Below, one piece after another: positions 10,049 to 20,446 of a stretch of DNA of 64,000 nucleotides. The notes under the pieces were generated by a model. It searched no databases. It was not told the origin of the DNA and was given only the letters and a program-made list of their open reading frames with translations. Source of the stretch: Nitrosomonas sp. (lineage in GTDB: Bacteria; Pseudomonadota; Gammaproteobacteria; Burkholderiales; Nitrosomonadaceae). How positions within the stretch are numbered: position 1 is the stretch's first letter; every line of letters starts with the position of its first letter. The stretch lies in the NCBI GenBank assembly GCA_021582655.1, contig CP091135.1, forward strand, positions 293,078-357,077, written 5' to 3'. A program made the translations under genes and the position numbers.

Positions 10049-10342
10049 TTGGAAGCTATGCTTATCCAGGAATTGCCGCAGCATTTAGCGGAGAATCTGG
10101 AATGGTCGCAAGTGGATATGCAAAGAAATGTTGCATGGATACGTGGTGATCAGGCCAAATCGGGAAAACCGATTCATGTAACTCTGAATGCGACGGCAAC
10201 AGCAGTATTGACTACGCAGATTGGCAAGCATCCAAGACCAGCAATTTGTGTTCAACATGCCCGAGTCTTGGATAACGTGCTAATGTCACAAATTTGGCAC
10301 AAACGAAGTAACAGTGATTCAGTTATGGTTCTAAGTTATTGA
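10049..10342 (+). pseudogene. Phage integrase C-terminal remnant with internal deletions
   Basis: ELPQHLA..LEWSQVDMQRNVAWIRGDQAKSGKPIHVTLN..QIGKHP..QHARVLD; no TGxR or HxxR/Y boxes; abuts tRNA-Thr 3' end. Confidence 0.75.
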
Positions 10343-10346
10343 TAAT

Positions 10347-10422
<76 letters not shown>

Positions 10423-10675
10423 AAGAAAACTAAGCTGGCTATTATAAGGGTTTAGGAAATTGCGGGCAAATTGTATACACTCGTCCCCTATTCGGTTAAG
10501 CACCGAGCTTTAACTTTGAATATGTTGAATCAGCAACAATTATAGCCAACAAAGACAAAACACACAGCATAGCTTCCGGGCAAAAATTGTATAATCCAGC
10601 ACATCAACCCTAATTGGGTAGAGAAATCCTGATTTAAAGCATGCTGTATCCCCATTTTAGAAAGGAATTTGCGCG

Positions 10676-11419
10676 ATGATTTTTTTTAAAAATAACGCCG
10701 TACGGTATTTTTTAATTGCATTTACTCTCGTTTCTTCCACAGCTTGGTCTTCAGACGGCAACAGCGAATTGATCAACGCGACAAGCAAAGGAAATTTTCC
10801 GTTAATCAAGAAAATTCTTGATTCTCAACCGATTGAGCCACAAGAGCTACAGACTGCCTTTTGGGTGGCAACGCAAAAAGGACGGACGGAGATAGTCGAG
10901 CGCTTTTTGCAAATCGGGGTTGATGTCAATTTCGTTACGGATGATCAATATACCCCTCTGATGCGCGCGGCACGTGACGGGCGTGAGCAATTAGTGGAAA
11001 TCTTACTTGCTGCCGGTGCGAATGTTAATGCAATGACGGAAGAAGGCACGGCATTAATGAACGCAGCGGAAAAAGACCGCCGCAAAGTAATTGCGCTATT
11101 ACTTGCCGCCAATGCGGATATCCACGCACAACGCAGTGACGGCAGTACCGCGCTTTCTCTAGCTGCGCAAGAAGGATATCCTATGACGATTCAGATGCTC
11201 ATCGACGCAGGCACGAACGTCAATCATCAAATGGACAATGGCGCGACCGCATTGATGGTTGCAGTACAGCATGGCAATTTCAATGCAACGTATGCACTCA
11301 TCGCCGCCAAGGCGGATCTCAATTTGAAAGCGGAAAACGGCATGACCGCTTTGGCATTTGCAAATCATTACCGCCACAAGGATATTGCCGATTTGCTGAA
11401 AAAATCCGGTGCGAAATAA
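10676..11419 (+). CDS. Secreted ankyrin-repeat protein
   Basis: Signal peptide plus repeated G-x-TALM-x-AA..LL-x-x-GA-x-VN units. Confidence 0.9.
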   Translation: MIFFKNNAVRYFLIAFTLVSSTAWSSDGNSELINATSKGNFPLIKKILDSQPIEPQELQTAFWVATQKGRTEIVERFLQIGVDVNFVTDDQYTPLMRAARDGREQLVEILLAAGANVNAMTEEGTALMNAAEKDRRKVIALLLAANADIHAQRSDGSTALSLAAQEGYPMTIQMLIDAGTNVNHQMDNGATALMVAVQHGNFNATYALIAAKADLNLKAENGMTALAFANHYRHKDIADLLKKSGAK

Positions 11420-11511
11420 CTGTCATCAATTCAAAAATATCAAACAGGCTGTTATAGTGCATTCCCATTGTCATTAACTTACTAGCAATTAGGAAATAGA
11501 GGAAAACATAA

Positions 11512-12186
11512 ATGAAAGTTCTCACGGTGCTATTACTGGTTACAACGGCTTCATTATTGACCGGTTGCGGTGAAGAACCCAAAAGCGGACAGTCTGAAAG
11601 CGGCATTACATTGTCCGCCCCGATGAATGAAATTACCAAATTAGGCGAGATTCCGTCGTTCATGAGCGAAGGCTTATCGGAAGAAGAAAAAGACGAGCTG
11701 AAGCGGCAAATTCTACCGGATGGAGTGGACGACGCCAGAACCGCCGAAGAAAAATTTAAATCCTTCCTGGAAAAAGCAAAAGCGGGCGATCCCGTTGCGC
11801 AAACCGGCCTTGGAGTTATGTACTATACCGGAGAAGCGGTTTCAAAAAATTTGGCAGGGCAAATTTTGGAAAATGATCCCGAAATGGCTGCGGGGTGGTT
11901 CTTCAGAGCTGCCGAGCAAGGCTATGCCGACGCGCAATTCAATTTAGGCTTATTGTATGCAAATGGCGAAGGTGTTCCGCAGGATATGCGACAAGCCGTC
12001 GAGTTGTTTAGGAAAGCGGCGGACCAAGGGCATGTAGATGCGCAAAACAATTTAGGTGCAATGTATTTCACCGGGGAAGGTGTGGATAGAAACGAAAAGA
12101 AAGCGATTGAATGGTTTGAGAAAGCAGCCGCTCAAGGAAATGAAGAGGCTCGTGCCAACTTGGATGCGATTAAGAATGCCCGCTGA
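11512..12186 (+). CDS. Sel1-repeat lipoprotein
   Basis: Lipobox LLTGC; AQFNLG..Y..GEGV..AAEQG repeats. Confidence 0.9.
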   Translation: MKVLTVLLLVTTASLLTGCGEEPKSGQSESGITLSAPMNEITKLGEIPSFMSEGLSEEEKDELKRQILPDGVDDARTAEEKFKSFLEKAKAGDPVAQTGLGVMYYTGEAVSKNLAGQILENDPEMAAGWFFRAAEQGYADAQFNLGLLYANGEGVPQDMRQAVELFRKAADQGHVDAQNNLGAMYFTGEGVDRNEKKAIEWFEKAAAQGNEEARANLDAIKNAR

Positions 12187-12277
12187 CAAACTTCAAGCCA
12201 TCGAAAATAACGTACTTTCCGGTTAGTTTTCTTTACAAGAAATCGATGGATCAGTATAATCCACCTTCCTTTTATCA

Positions 12278-12353
<76 letters not shown>

Positions 12354-12383
12354 CTGATTGTGCAGGGCTATACGACATTTAAT

Positions 12384-12459
12384 GTCCCCATCGTCTAGAG
12401 GCCTAGGACATCGCCCTTTCACGGCGGTAACAGGGGTTCGAATCCCCTTGGGGACGCCA
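12384..12459 (+). tRNA. tRNA-Glu (anticodon TTC)
   Basis: GTCCCCATCGTCTAGAGGCCTAGGACATCGCCCTTTCACGGCG..TTCGAATCC..GGGGACGCCA. Confidence 0.97.
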
Positions 12460-12524
12460 ACTGCGCTATTTTTGCAGTTTACTTACTACAAACAATCTCT
12501 CGTTGGCACCGGAGTAGCTTGTAG

Positions 12525-13469
12525 TTATCGCTTTATTTCGCTACACGAAGCACCGAAACGGAAGCAACTGTAACAGCGATGATGCTTCATACTAACGGGG
12601 ATTTGTAAGCTTTCGGTCAATGTTACCGCAAGCGCATAATCGGGATCGTCATCCACCAAGGTGCATGCATACACTCTGCACTCTTCACCGTTCTTCACCA
12701 CCATGCGGCTAAATGCGCACATGAATTGGCGCCGTGCCGATCCTGTTTGGTAATCGATCATGCAGCTTCGTGTAATCTGCGGTGTGGCCACTTTACTGTC
12801 GGGCGGATAAAATTCAGGGAACTCAATTCGAGGAATATTTTCCGGTAACCCCGCACGCCGAAAAACCGCTGCGTAACCGTCGGCTATTTGATTAACAGAT
12901 AAACCGGCAATCGACTGGCTGGCTACAGATATCCGGAAACCGCTGTCATGCAATGCGCGCAATCCTTGCAACGCCATGGCAAACATGCCCTCGCCCCGCT
13001 CCTTGTCATGCATCTCGGCGACAAAATGATCAAGGCTGACGCGAAAATGCAGTGTATTCGGTTGCTTGTGCAGCGATTCCAACTGCAGCAAGCGCTTTAA
13101 CAACGGCTCTGTCGCATTGGTCAGCACCATGCACGGGCGGTACTGCAATGCATAATCCAGTATCCGGATCAAATCCTTGTTAACAAATGGCTCACCGCCG
13201 GTAAATGAAAATTGCTTGACATGCAAGTGCAAAGCTTCATCGATAAATGGCTTGGCATCGTGAAAGCGCAACAAATTCAAACGATCATCGCCGGGCTTGG
13301 AACCTTCTAGGCAAAATGCGCAAGCCAGATTACACGCCGTTCCGGTATGAAACCATAGTTCCTCCAATGCATGCGATTGGATAAAGCCGCGCGGCTTATG
13401 ATCCGGTGTAACGTACCACAGCCTGGAGCGTGTCCGCTGTTTATCGGTAACCGGCAAAATTGCGTCCAT
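12525..13469 (-). CDS. Radical SAM protein
   Basis: CNLACAFC (CxxxCxxC), FTGGEP, extra C-terminal Cys (FMC, YAC, CYSC..SC); ATG 2 nt after the ArsM-like stop. Confidence 0.9.
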   Translation of the reverse strand: MDAILPVTDKQRTRSRLWYVTPDHKPRGFIQSHALEELWFHTGTACNLACAFCLEGSKPGDDRLNLLRFHDAKPFIDEALHLHVKQFSFTGGEPFVNKDLIRILDYALQYRPCMVLTNATEPLLKRLLQLESLHKQPNTLHFRVSLDHFVAEMHDKERGEGMFAMALQGLRALHDSGFRISVASQSIAGLSVNQIADGYAAVFRRAGLPENIPRIEFPEFYPPDSKVATPQITRSCMIDYQTGSARRQFMCAFSRMVVKNGEECRVYACTLVDDDPDYALAVTLTESLQIPVSMKHHRCYSCFRFGASCSEIKR

Positions 13470-13471
13470 GA

Positions 13472-14518
13472 TCAGCAGCACCCGCCTTTCTGTTCACCGG
13501 CCACGGCATTGGTAAACGGAATTCCCATGCCGCAGCCGGGAAAAATTCCAAAATGCTGATCAAAATTTCCATGAAATTCAAAGTGTTCTACAAAACGTGT
13601 ATTGTGCAGCATGCGCCAGGTATTGCCACATACCGGAAATTGCTTACCGGTTTCGATAAAGTGATGTTTATCCAGACGGAACGCATGGCGGTGATGCGGT
13701 ATGGTGCCGCGATATACCACCGCTTGCCCGTGATCTTCACAAGACAATTCCAACCCGGGCAATTTAAATAGCCGATACGTTGCTGAAAAAAACCGAATGT
13801 TGCCGACTTTATCGGCAAGCTCGGCATTATCAATGTTAATCGAACGATCATCGACCAGGCGCGGATCGGTAAAGCCGTGTTTGCGCGCCAACGGCAGAAA
13901 ATCGTTCCAATACAACGCACCGCTTAAACATTCTCCATACAGCACCGGGTCTTGCGTTAATGCCGCGGGAATACGCCGGTCGCTGTATACATCGGAAAAA
14001 TACAATTCACCGCCCGGTTTCAACACACGGAATGCTTCGCGCAGCACCGCCGTTTTATCCGGAGCCAGATTGATAACGCAATTCGACACAATCAAGTCGA
14101 TACTTTCATCAGCCAGATCCAGCTCGTACAGACGCTCGATATTGCCGTGTAAGAACCGCACATTGCCGCGTTTAAAGCCGAAAGTCCGCTGATGGTATTG
14201 TTCATGTCGGCGCGCGACCACCAATTGCTCTGCGGTCATATCAACGCCGATGACTTCACCCTTTTCGCCGACCAATTGCGCCAGTACATATACGTCGCGC
14301 CCCGCGCCGCAGCCCAAATCGAGAATCGTTAAACCTGCCAATAACTCGGGCAATACTAAGCCGCAACCGTAATAACGGGCCAGCACTTCCGTATGTACCC
14401 GTGCCAATAGCGGCCTGATGTGGTGCGGCAATGCAGTATCGCTGCAACATGCATTGGTTTGCAGATCGTGCGTGCCCTGTAATGTTTTTCCGTAGTATTT
14501 TTGAACGACTTCCTGCAT
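13472..14518 (-). CDS. arsM: Arsenite methyltransferase-like protein (ArsM/AS3MT family, long form)
   Basis: TNACC, YYGCG, LDLGCGAGRD, SNCVINL, GECLSGAL conserved Cys motifs; C-terminal GGCC. Confidence 0.8.
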   Translation of the reverse strand: MQEVVQKYYGKTLQGTHDLQTNACCSDTALPHHIRPLLARVHTEVLARYYGCGLVLPELLAGLTILDLGCGAGRDVYVLAQLVGEKGEVIGVDMTAEQLVVARRHEQYHQRTFGFKRGNVRFLHGNIERLYELDLADESIDLIVSNCVINLAPDKTAVLREAFRVLKPGGELYFSDVYSDRRIPAALTQDPVLYGECLSGALYWNDFLPLARKHGFTDPRLVDDRSINIDNAELADKVGNIRFFSATYRLFKLPGLELSCEDHGQAVVYRGTIPHHRHAFRLDKHHFIETGKQFPVCGNTWRMLHNTRFVEHFEFHGNFDQHFGIFPGCGMGIPFTNAVAGEQKGGCC

Positions 14519-14566
14519 GGTGTTCCTTTCGATGGACCGAGTAGACCGATCGTGCCATTATGGCAT

Positions 14567-15259
14567 TCAAACGCGGCTTTTAGAATGATAATGCGCCGCC
14601 AATTGTTGCGGCGACGCACCGCAGATAAAGCGTAGCACCAGAATCCGGTTTTGCAGCGTGCGCCGCCACCAGCCGTCCCGCTGCCAGCGGTGTGCATCGA
14701 CTTGGATCGGCTCCGTCACCGGCACCAATCGACCGATACGCCTTATCGCCTGAATTAAAGGTACTTCCTCGAACAACGGCCAGGGTGCGTGACCGCCAAT
14801 TTCCCGATAAGCAGTGCGCAGCATGAATAAGCCTTGGTCACCGTACGGCACGCCGCCAAAACGGCAACGTATCGCAATGGCGTACTCCAAAAAACGTGCG
14901 ACCCTGCTACGCGGCCCGGCGAAACGAAAACGAAAATATCCTCCGATAGCGCCACCTGCAATAGCTAGCGTGATAGCCGTCAATGCATCGTTCGGAATTT
15001 GCGCATCGGCATGCACGAACCACAGCACGTCGCCTTTCGCATCTGCCGCACCAAGCCTCAACTGTTTGCCACGGCATGGTGCAGCGGCGATGCGGCGCGC
15101 CTGAAAGTGGCGACAGATCCCGGCGCACCGCAAGCTATCGGCAGCATCGACGACGATAATCTCCAACGGCGGGTGCGTCAGCTGCCGCAGCTGCGTCAAC
15201 AAACGCGCCAACCGACTGTCATCGCGATAACAAGGGATAACCACGCTAATGCTATGCAT
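14567..15259 (-). CDS. GT2 glycosyltransferase, TIGR04283 (arsenosugar-associated) type
   Basis: ISVVIP, RGKQLRLGA, FVHAD, PYGDQGLF. Confidence 0.8.
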   Translation of the reverse strand: MHSISVVIPCYRDDSRLARLLTQLRQLTHPPLEIIVVDAADSLRCAGICRHFQARRIAAAPCRGKQLRLGAADAKGDVLWFVHADAQIPNDALTAITLAIAGGAIGGYFRFRFAGPRSRVARFLEYAIAIRCRFGGVPYGDQGLFMLRTAYREIGGHAPWPLFEEVPLIQAIRRIGRLVPVTEPIQVDAHRWQRDGWWRRTLQNRILVLRFICGASPQQLAAHYHSKSRV

Positions 15260-15947
15260 CCGCCGTCCGAATTACCGCAAGGTTTGCAACCACCAGTGCG
15301 TACAACGCTTGGCGCGCCGGACGGAGGTCATGCCGCAACGTAACGGCCAATCCGCGCACATCACTCACTTCGTCAACATCATAACTGTCGCCGATTATGC
15401 ACACCGTGTAGCCAATCGATTTGCACGCCTGTATCAAGCCAATGCCCAATCGATTGCTACTCCACGGCAAGGTTGACAGATCCGGCCACGGATTACGGCC
15501 GGCCATCAATACCACACCGCCATCCCTGGCAGGAATCAGCACTACGTCCGCACGTTGTAGTTCAGCGAGTACGGTCAGATAATCAGTCACACCCAAACCG
15601 GGTGCATCGCTACCGATAAATATCAAAGGATTATTGTTGAGTGCGCGTAAGGTTTGATCGAGATGATTGAGACGTTGCCCCAGATTACCCTCAATTTGCG
15701 ACACGGCTTGTGCCGGGTATTGAAAAGCGGCCATTTCGATCAACTGCTGCGCCCAATGAAGATCGCCGGCGCATGCAGGCGCAATCACCACAGGACCGGG
15801 CCATGCACTTGCATCTTCTATTGCGCATGCCAGTAATGCGCGTGCAAATCTTAATGCCAGTACTCGACCTAATTTTGCTGCCAAACGTTGCTTCCCGATA
15901 CCCGGTCGGGGTCTTTTAACCACTAAAACCAATGTGGCGGTTGTCAC
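15252..15947 (-). CDS. GT-A fold transferase, TIGR04282/DUF2064 (arsenosugar-associated) type
   Basis: KRPRPGIGKQRL, QIEGNLGQRL, IGSDAP, PARDGG, PWSS, DVDEVSD; overlaps the next gene by 8 nt. Confidence 0.8.
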   Translation of the reverse strand: MTTATLVLVVKRPRPGIGKQRLAAKLGRVLALRFARALLACAIEDASAWPGPVVIAPACAGDLHWAQQLIEMAAFQYPAQAVSQIEGNLGQRLNHLDQTLRALNNNPLIFIGSDAPGLGVTDYLTVLAELQRADVVLIPARDGGVVLMAGRNPWPDLSTLPWSSNRLGIGLIQACKSIGYTVCIIGDSYDVDEVSDVRGLAVTLRHDLRPARQALYALVVANLAVIRTADA

Positions 15948-15997
15948 AAGTCAATGAAACATAAATATAAAATCACTTTCGATTACTGCGCCGGACT

Positions 15998-17215
15998 TCA
16001 TACCCCTTGGATTTTATTGATATCGAAATGCCATTTCGCGGGGTCTTCTATTTTCTCAATTGCATCCAATCCCTTGGACAAATCAACAATCTCTTTCTGA
16101 ATATATGCATTTATCCGCGTCGAATAGAAAACCTTGACAATCGGTGTAGTCAGGCTTTTTTTGGATTGCTCCAGCACCACGCCCAAACGACCGGATTTCA
16201 ACCTCACCAAACTGCTACTCGGATAAATACCGATGGATTTGACAAATGCTTGAAATACTCGCTCATCGAAATGGCCTTCGCGCCAAGAAGCCATTTTTTG
16301 TAGCGATTCCGCAGGCGACCAGGCTTTTTTATAGCAACGTTCGGAGCTGATAGCATCGTAGACATCACATACCGCACCCATGCGAGCAAACAGCGTCAAT
16401 GCATCTCCCGAAATTTTTTTCGGATAGCCTTTGCCGTCAACGCGCTCATGATGATGCAAGCAAACATCCAAGGCGATTTCGGGAACCTGGGAGTCGGCTT
16501 GAAGAATCTCCCATCCCCGCTGCGGGTGGCTTTTCATCACGGTAAATTCCTCATCGGTCAATTTATCAGGTTTATCCAGAATTTCGGACGGAATCGCCAT
16601 TTTCCCGATATCGTGCAGCATTCCCGCAATTCCGGCCTGTTTTAATACCGTGCCCTGCAATCCCAGCTGCTTACCCAATGCCACCATTAACACGCACACC
16701 GCCACAGAATGTAAGTAAGTGTATTCATTGGAATTTTTTAATCGGATCAAGCTCAGCATCGCACTAGGATTGCGTTCCATCGACGCACTGATCTCATCAA
16801 CCAATACCACGGCGTCCGAAACCTCCACCGCTTTGCCCAGGCGCACCTCGTTGAACATTGATACCACGGCTTCCTTGGTTTTGCTGTGCAGTTTCTTCGC
16901 AATTTCCAATTCTTTTTCCAGCGTCACGGACTCAACCGATCTTTTCACCGGCGGTGGCGACTCTACCTCCGGCATTCTGATTTCTTCCGTAACCGGTGCG
17001 AATTCAAGCTCGGGTACCGGCGCTATTGCCACATCCAAGCCTTTACCGGTATCGATCCATATTGCCTTGATATTACTGCTATGCAATTTTTCCAGATCTT
17101 TTTGTTTATCCAGTTTAAAAGATTTTCTCCAGAATGGATGCTCCAGCCAATCTCCCTGTATTTCGTGGATATACATGCCCAACCGGATATCGCTTACGTT
17201 TACTTTCTTGATCAT
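15998..17215 (-). CDS. HD-GYP c-di-GMP phosphodiesterase with N-terminal DUF3391
   Basis: LGMYI..WLEHPFW, HDIGK, HHERVDGKGYP, DVYDA. Confidence 0.92.
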   Translation of the reverse strand: MIKKVNVSDIRLGMYIHEIQGDWLEHPFWRKSFKLDKQKDLEKLHSSNIKAIWIDTGKGLDVAIAPVPELEFAPVTEEIRMPEVESPPPVKRSVESVTLEKELEIAKKLHSKTKEAVVSMFNEVRLGKAVEVSDAVVLVDEISASMERNPSAMLSLIRLKNSNEYTYLHSVAVCVLMVALGKQLGLQGTVLKQAGIAGMLHDIGKMAIPSEILDKPDKLTDEEFTVMKSHPQRGWEILQADSQVPEIALDVCLHHHERVDGKGYPKKISGDALTLFARMGAVCDVYDAISSERCYKKAWSPAESLQKMASWREGHFDERVFQAFVKSIGIYPSSSLVRLKSGRLGVVLEQSKKSLTTPIVKVFYSTRINAYIQKEIVDLSKGLDAIEKIEDPAKWHFDINKIQGV

Positions 17216-17532
17216 CGGATAAAAGAAAAAATCGAATTTATGATTCGTCGCTTAAAGATAATTAGTTTAAATTTTTACCGCCCTTATTCAAGGCTTGAAA
17301 AACCGAACAATAGCCAAGTTATTTGGTTAGTTGTAACGCTGATATTCAATGGAAGGGTGATTTATTATATTCGATCGGCCTTTATAATGCTCGCTGGCAG
17401 GTTGCCGCGATGTTAACAACAAAGTTCGGAATGCACATTCCCTATATAAGCCATGCTTTCTCCCCCGTTCTTGTTTGGCACCGACCGCCAGGAAAATTGG
17501 CAGCAAGAGCGGATCAATTAGCATTTTCTTCA

Positions 17533-20400
17533 TCACATCTGCCGATTCGGAACTTGACCGATCCAAGTCGCATCCGGTTTCCAGGAAGCGATCCAACTGA
17601 GGAATTGACTCGCCGGCATCGGTTTGGCGATACCGTAACCTTGCCCGTAAATACAGCCGAGTGAAAGCAATGCAGTACCGTGTGCAACCGTTTCAACGCC
17701 TTCTGCGATGACTCTGCGCCGAAAAGAATCGGCCAGACCGATAACACCCCGGACAATACTCATGTCGTCGGGATCAAACAGCATGTCGCGCACAAAGCTC
17801 TGGTCGATCTTCAAGTACTCGATCGGTAATCGACGTAAATAGGTAAGCGATGAATAACCGGTACCAAAATCATCCAGCGCGAAACTGACTCCCAGCGCAC
17901 AACAATCCCTCATGGTGCGTGATACTTTGACGATGTCATCGAGCGCACTGGTCTCCAGTACTTCGAGTTGCAATAATGCAGGTGTAACATCCGGATATTG
18001 CGCCAGCAAGCCGGCGAGCAGGTTGACAAAATTATCGTCTTGCAATTGATAAGCGCCGATGTTGACACTCAACAAGAACCGCAACCCGAGCCGCTGCCAT
18101 ACGGCGATTTGCGCCAGTACCGAGACGATAGTCCATTGGCCGATTTCCATCGCGACAGGTTGGTTTTCAATCAAAGGCAGGAAATCTCCTGGCAGCAACA
18201 GACCACGCTCGGGGTGATGCCAGCGGATCAGAGCTTCGGCACCGATTACCTCGCCGGTTTGCATATTGACTTTAGGCTGGTAATACATTTCAAACTCCCC
18301 GCGCTCGATAGCATTACGTGCATACATCAGCATCACATTTTTATTGCGCTGCCATTCGTCAAGGGCCACATCGAAAAGATGATAGCGGTTCTTGCCCGCC
18401 TGCTTGGCGGCATACATGGCTTGATCGGCATGGCGCAGCAATTGATCGACATCGACCTTATCCTTCGGATACACGGTAACCCCCATACTGGCCGAGACTT
18501 GCAATGTAAGCTCGCCTACCTTGATCGGACTGGCCGCTGCCGCGAGTAAGCGCTGCAAAATCAGCTCATAGTCACTCATATTTTCAAGATCGCCGAGCAC
18601 GGCGACAAATTCGTCGCCGCCAATGCGAGCCAATGTATCGCCTTTTCGCAATGATTCCTTCATCCGATCAGCCAAGGCGATCAGTAATTGATCCCCGGTC
18701 TCATGACCATGGCTGTCGTTCACCGTCTTAAAACCGTCGAGATCAAGATAGGCGATGGCCATCGATTGCTGTCGGTGGTTGCATTGAATCATCGCTTGCT
18801 GCAACCGATCGCTCAACAAATTACGATTAGGCAATCCGGTCAACCGATCATGATAAGCGGCGTACTCAAGTTGCTGACGATGTTCGTATTCAACCGTAAT
18901 ATCAGAGATGATGGCAACATAATTGCGGATCTTGTCGTCAGCATCCCGGACTGTGCTGATTGTCTGGTGGGTGGCGAACAGCTTGCCACTCTTATCCAGG
19001 TTCCACAGTTCACCGGACCAATAACCGGTATCATTAATTTTTTGCCAGATATCGTGATAGAGCGCTTGAGTTTGCTGCTCGGAATGCAGCATTTGCGGGG
19101 TTTTGCCGATAAGTTCCGCGCGCGTATACCCGGTGATACGGCAATACGCTTCATTGACATCAAGAATGACGGTATCCGGCGCGGTAATCGCGATGCCTTC
19201 ACGCGCGTGAGTAAACACATTGGCGGCGAGCCGAAGTGCCTCCTCATCCTGCTTGCGCCTGGTCACATCGACCATCAAGCCGCGCAGCCAACGCGGTTCA
19301 CCGTTTTCGGCAACGACAGTCACAATGTCGTGCAGCCAGACGGTACGTCCATCCCTGGCAATGAAGCGATATTCGAAATCATGCCACTCGAGGCGTTTCG
19401 TACAGGACGCGCAATAATCCGGCACCCAGGCTCGATCGTCAGGATGCAGGTGTTCGATCCAAAAGCCTGGCGCAAGCCAATCCTCGCACGGAAACCCAAA
19501 TAAGCGCTCGGCTTGTTCACTGACAAAAGTAAACGCAAAAGTACGCGCATCAGCTTCCCAAACAATACCTTCAACCGATTGAATCAGCGACGACAATCGC
19601 GACTTCGAGGCCTCCAGTTCAGCTTGGATGCGATGCCGTTCGGTTACTTCGCGCGACACTACGATAAAGCGCGATGCATCACCGGCATCAACCCCTTTGC
19701 GTGCGACCGACAATTCGAACCAGTGCTCGCCGCTGGGCAAATCGAGGCGAAACTGCCGTCCGTGAGAAAAACCCGTCCGATGTGCTTCATCTATCGCCGC
19801 CATCACCACTTGTGTCGCTTCAAACGGCAATACTTCCGCAACGGTTTTATTCAACAGTACGTGCGGCGGGGCCGCGAGCAGCTCGGTACGCGGTGAATGA
19901 TAATCGTAGTAACGCCCGTCCTTGCCAAGTTCGAAGAGTAGATCAGGGATCGCGTCCAATGTGCTGGCCAGGGCTTGCTGTGTTTCCAGCAAGAGATTTT
20001 CGATCCGTTTGCGGTGACTGACATCGTGAAAATTAACCACTACCTGCTCAAGCCGCCCATCACTCGCAAATTCGGGAAACGCGCTGATAAGTACCCAAGT
20101 CACCTCGGTTTTGTCAGTACGGTGTATGCCAAGCATCAGCTCCCGGATTGGTTGGTGCGTGGCGATTACATGATTGACCGGATTTTCCTCCGGTACCAAC
20201 CGCCTGCCCTTTTCGTCGACAAAATACCACGTCGGATCAACCGTTAACCTGCCGGCTATCGAATCCGCGGGTAGACCAAGCAACTCAGCGGCGCGGCGAT
20301 TGCTGAAACTGACGGTCATATCCGCATCATGCACGATAATCCCGGTATGCAGATTTTGCAGCAAACGTGCGTAGCGATTGTTCATACGGTTACTGACCAA
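17533..20400 (-). CDS. Multi-PAS GGDEF-EAL protein
   Basis: About four PAS domains, RKGD I-site plus GGDEF, EALIRW, LDDFGTG, KIDQSF. Confidence 0.95.
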   Translation of the reverse strand: MVSNRMNNRYARLLQNLHTGIIVHDADMTVSFSNRRAAELLGLPADSIAGRLTVDPTWYFVDEKGRRLVPEENPVNHVIATHQPIRELMLGIHRTDKTEVTWVLISAFPEFASDGRLEQVVVNFHDVSHRKRIENLLLETQQALASTLDAIPDLLFELGKDGRYYDYHSPRTELLAAPPHVLLNKTVAEVLPFEATQVVMAAIDEAHRTGFSHGRQFRLDLPSGEHWFELSVARKGVDAGDASRFIVVSREVTERHRIQAELEASKSRLSSLIQSVEGIVWEADARTFAFTFVSEQAERLFGFPCEDWLAPGFWIEHLHPDDRAWVPDYCASCTKRLEWHDFEYRFIARDGRTVWLHDIVTVVAENGEPRWLRGLMVDVTRRKQDEEALRLAANVFTHAREGIAITAPDTVILDVNEAYCRITGYTRAELIGKTPQMLHSEQQTQALYHDIWQKINDTGYWSGELWNLDKSGKLFATHQTISTVRDADDKIRNYVAIISDITVEYEHRQQLEYAAYHDRLTGLPNRNLLSDRLQQAMIQCNHRQQSMAIAYLDLDGFKTVNDSHGHETGDQLLIALADRMKESLRKGDTLARIGGDEFVAVLGDLENMSDYELILQRLLAAAASPIKVGELTLQVSASMGVTVYPKDKVDVDQLLRHADQAMYAAKQAGKNRYHLFDVALDEWQRNKNVMLMYARNAIERGEFEMYYQPKVNMQTGEVIGAEALIRWHHPERGLLLPGDFLPLIENQPVAMEIGQWTIVSVLAQIAVWQRLGLRFLLSVNIGAYQLQDDNFVNLLAGLLAQYPDVTPALLQLEVLETSALDDIVKVSRTMRDCCALGVSFALDDFGTGYSSLTYLRRLPIEYLKIDQSFVRDMLFDPDDMSIVRGVIGLADSFRRRVIAEGVETVAHGTALLSLGCIYGQGYGIAKPMPASQFLSWIASWKPDATWIGQVPNRQM

Positions 20401-20446
20401 CCTTTCCTTTACTGCTCATTGAAAAACAGATCCCGTTCGCGGCAAA

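Noticed and set aside
12358-12573. 71-aa ORF in the track
   Set aside because: Overlaps tRNA-Glu; spurious
13469-13474. TGA after GGCC in the ArsM-like gene as possible selenocysteine read-through into the radical SAM gene
   Set aside because: The rSAM start is in a different frame and a CC terminus is normal for this family
18688-19503. 271-aa plus-strand ORF
   Set aside because: Antisense shadow of the GGDEF-EAL gene with no motifs
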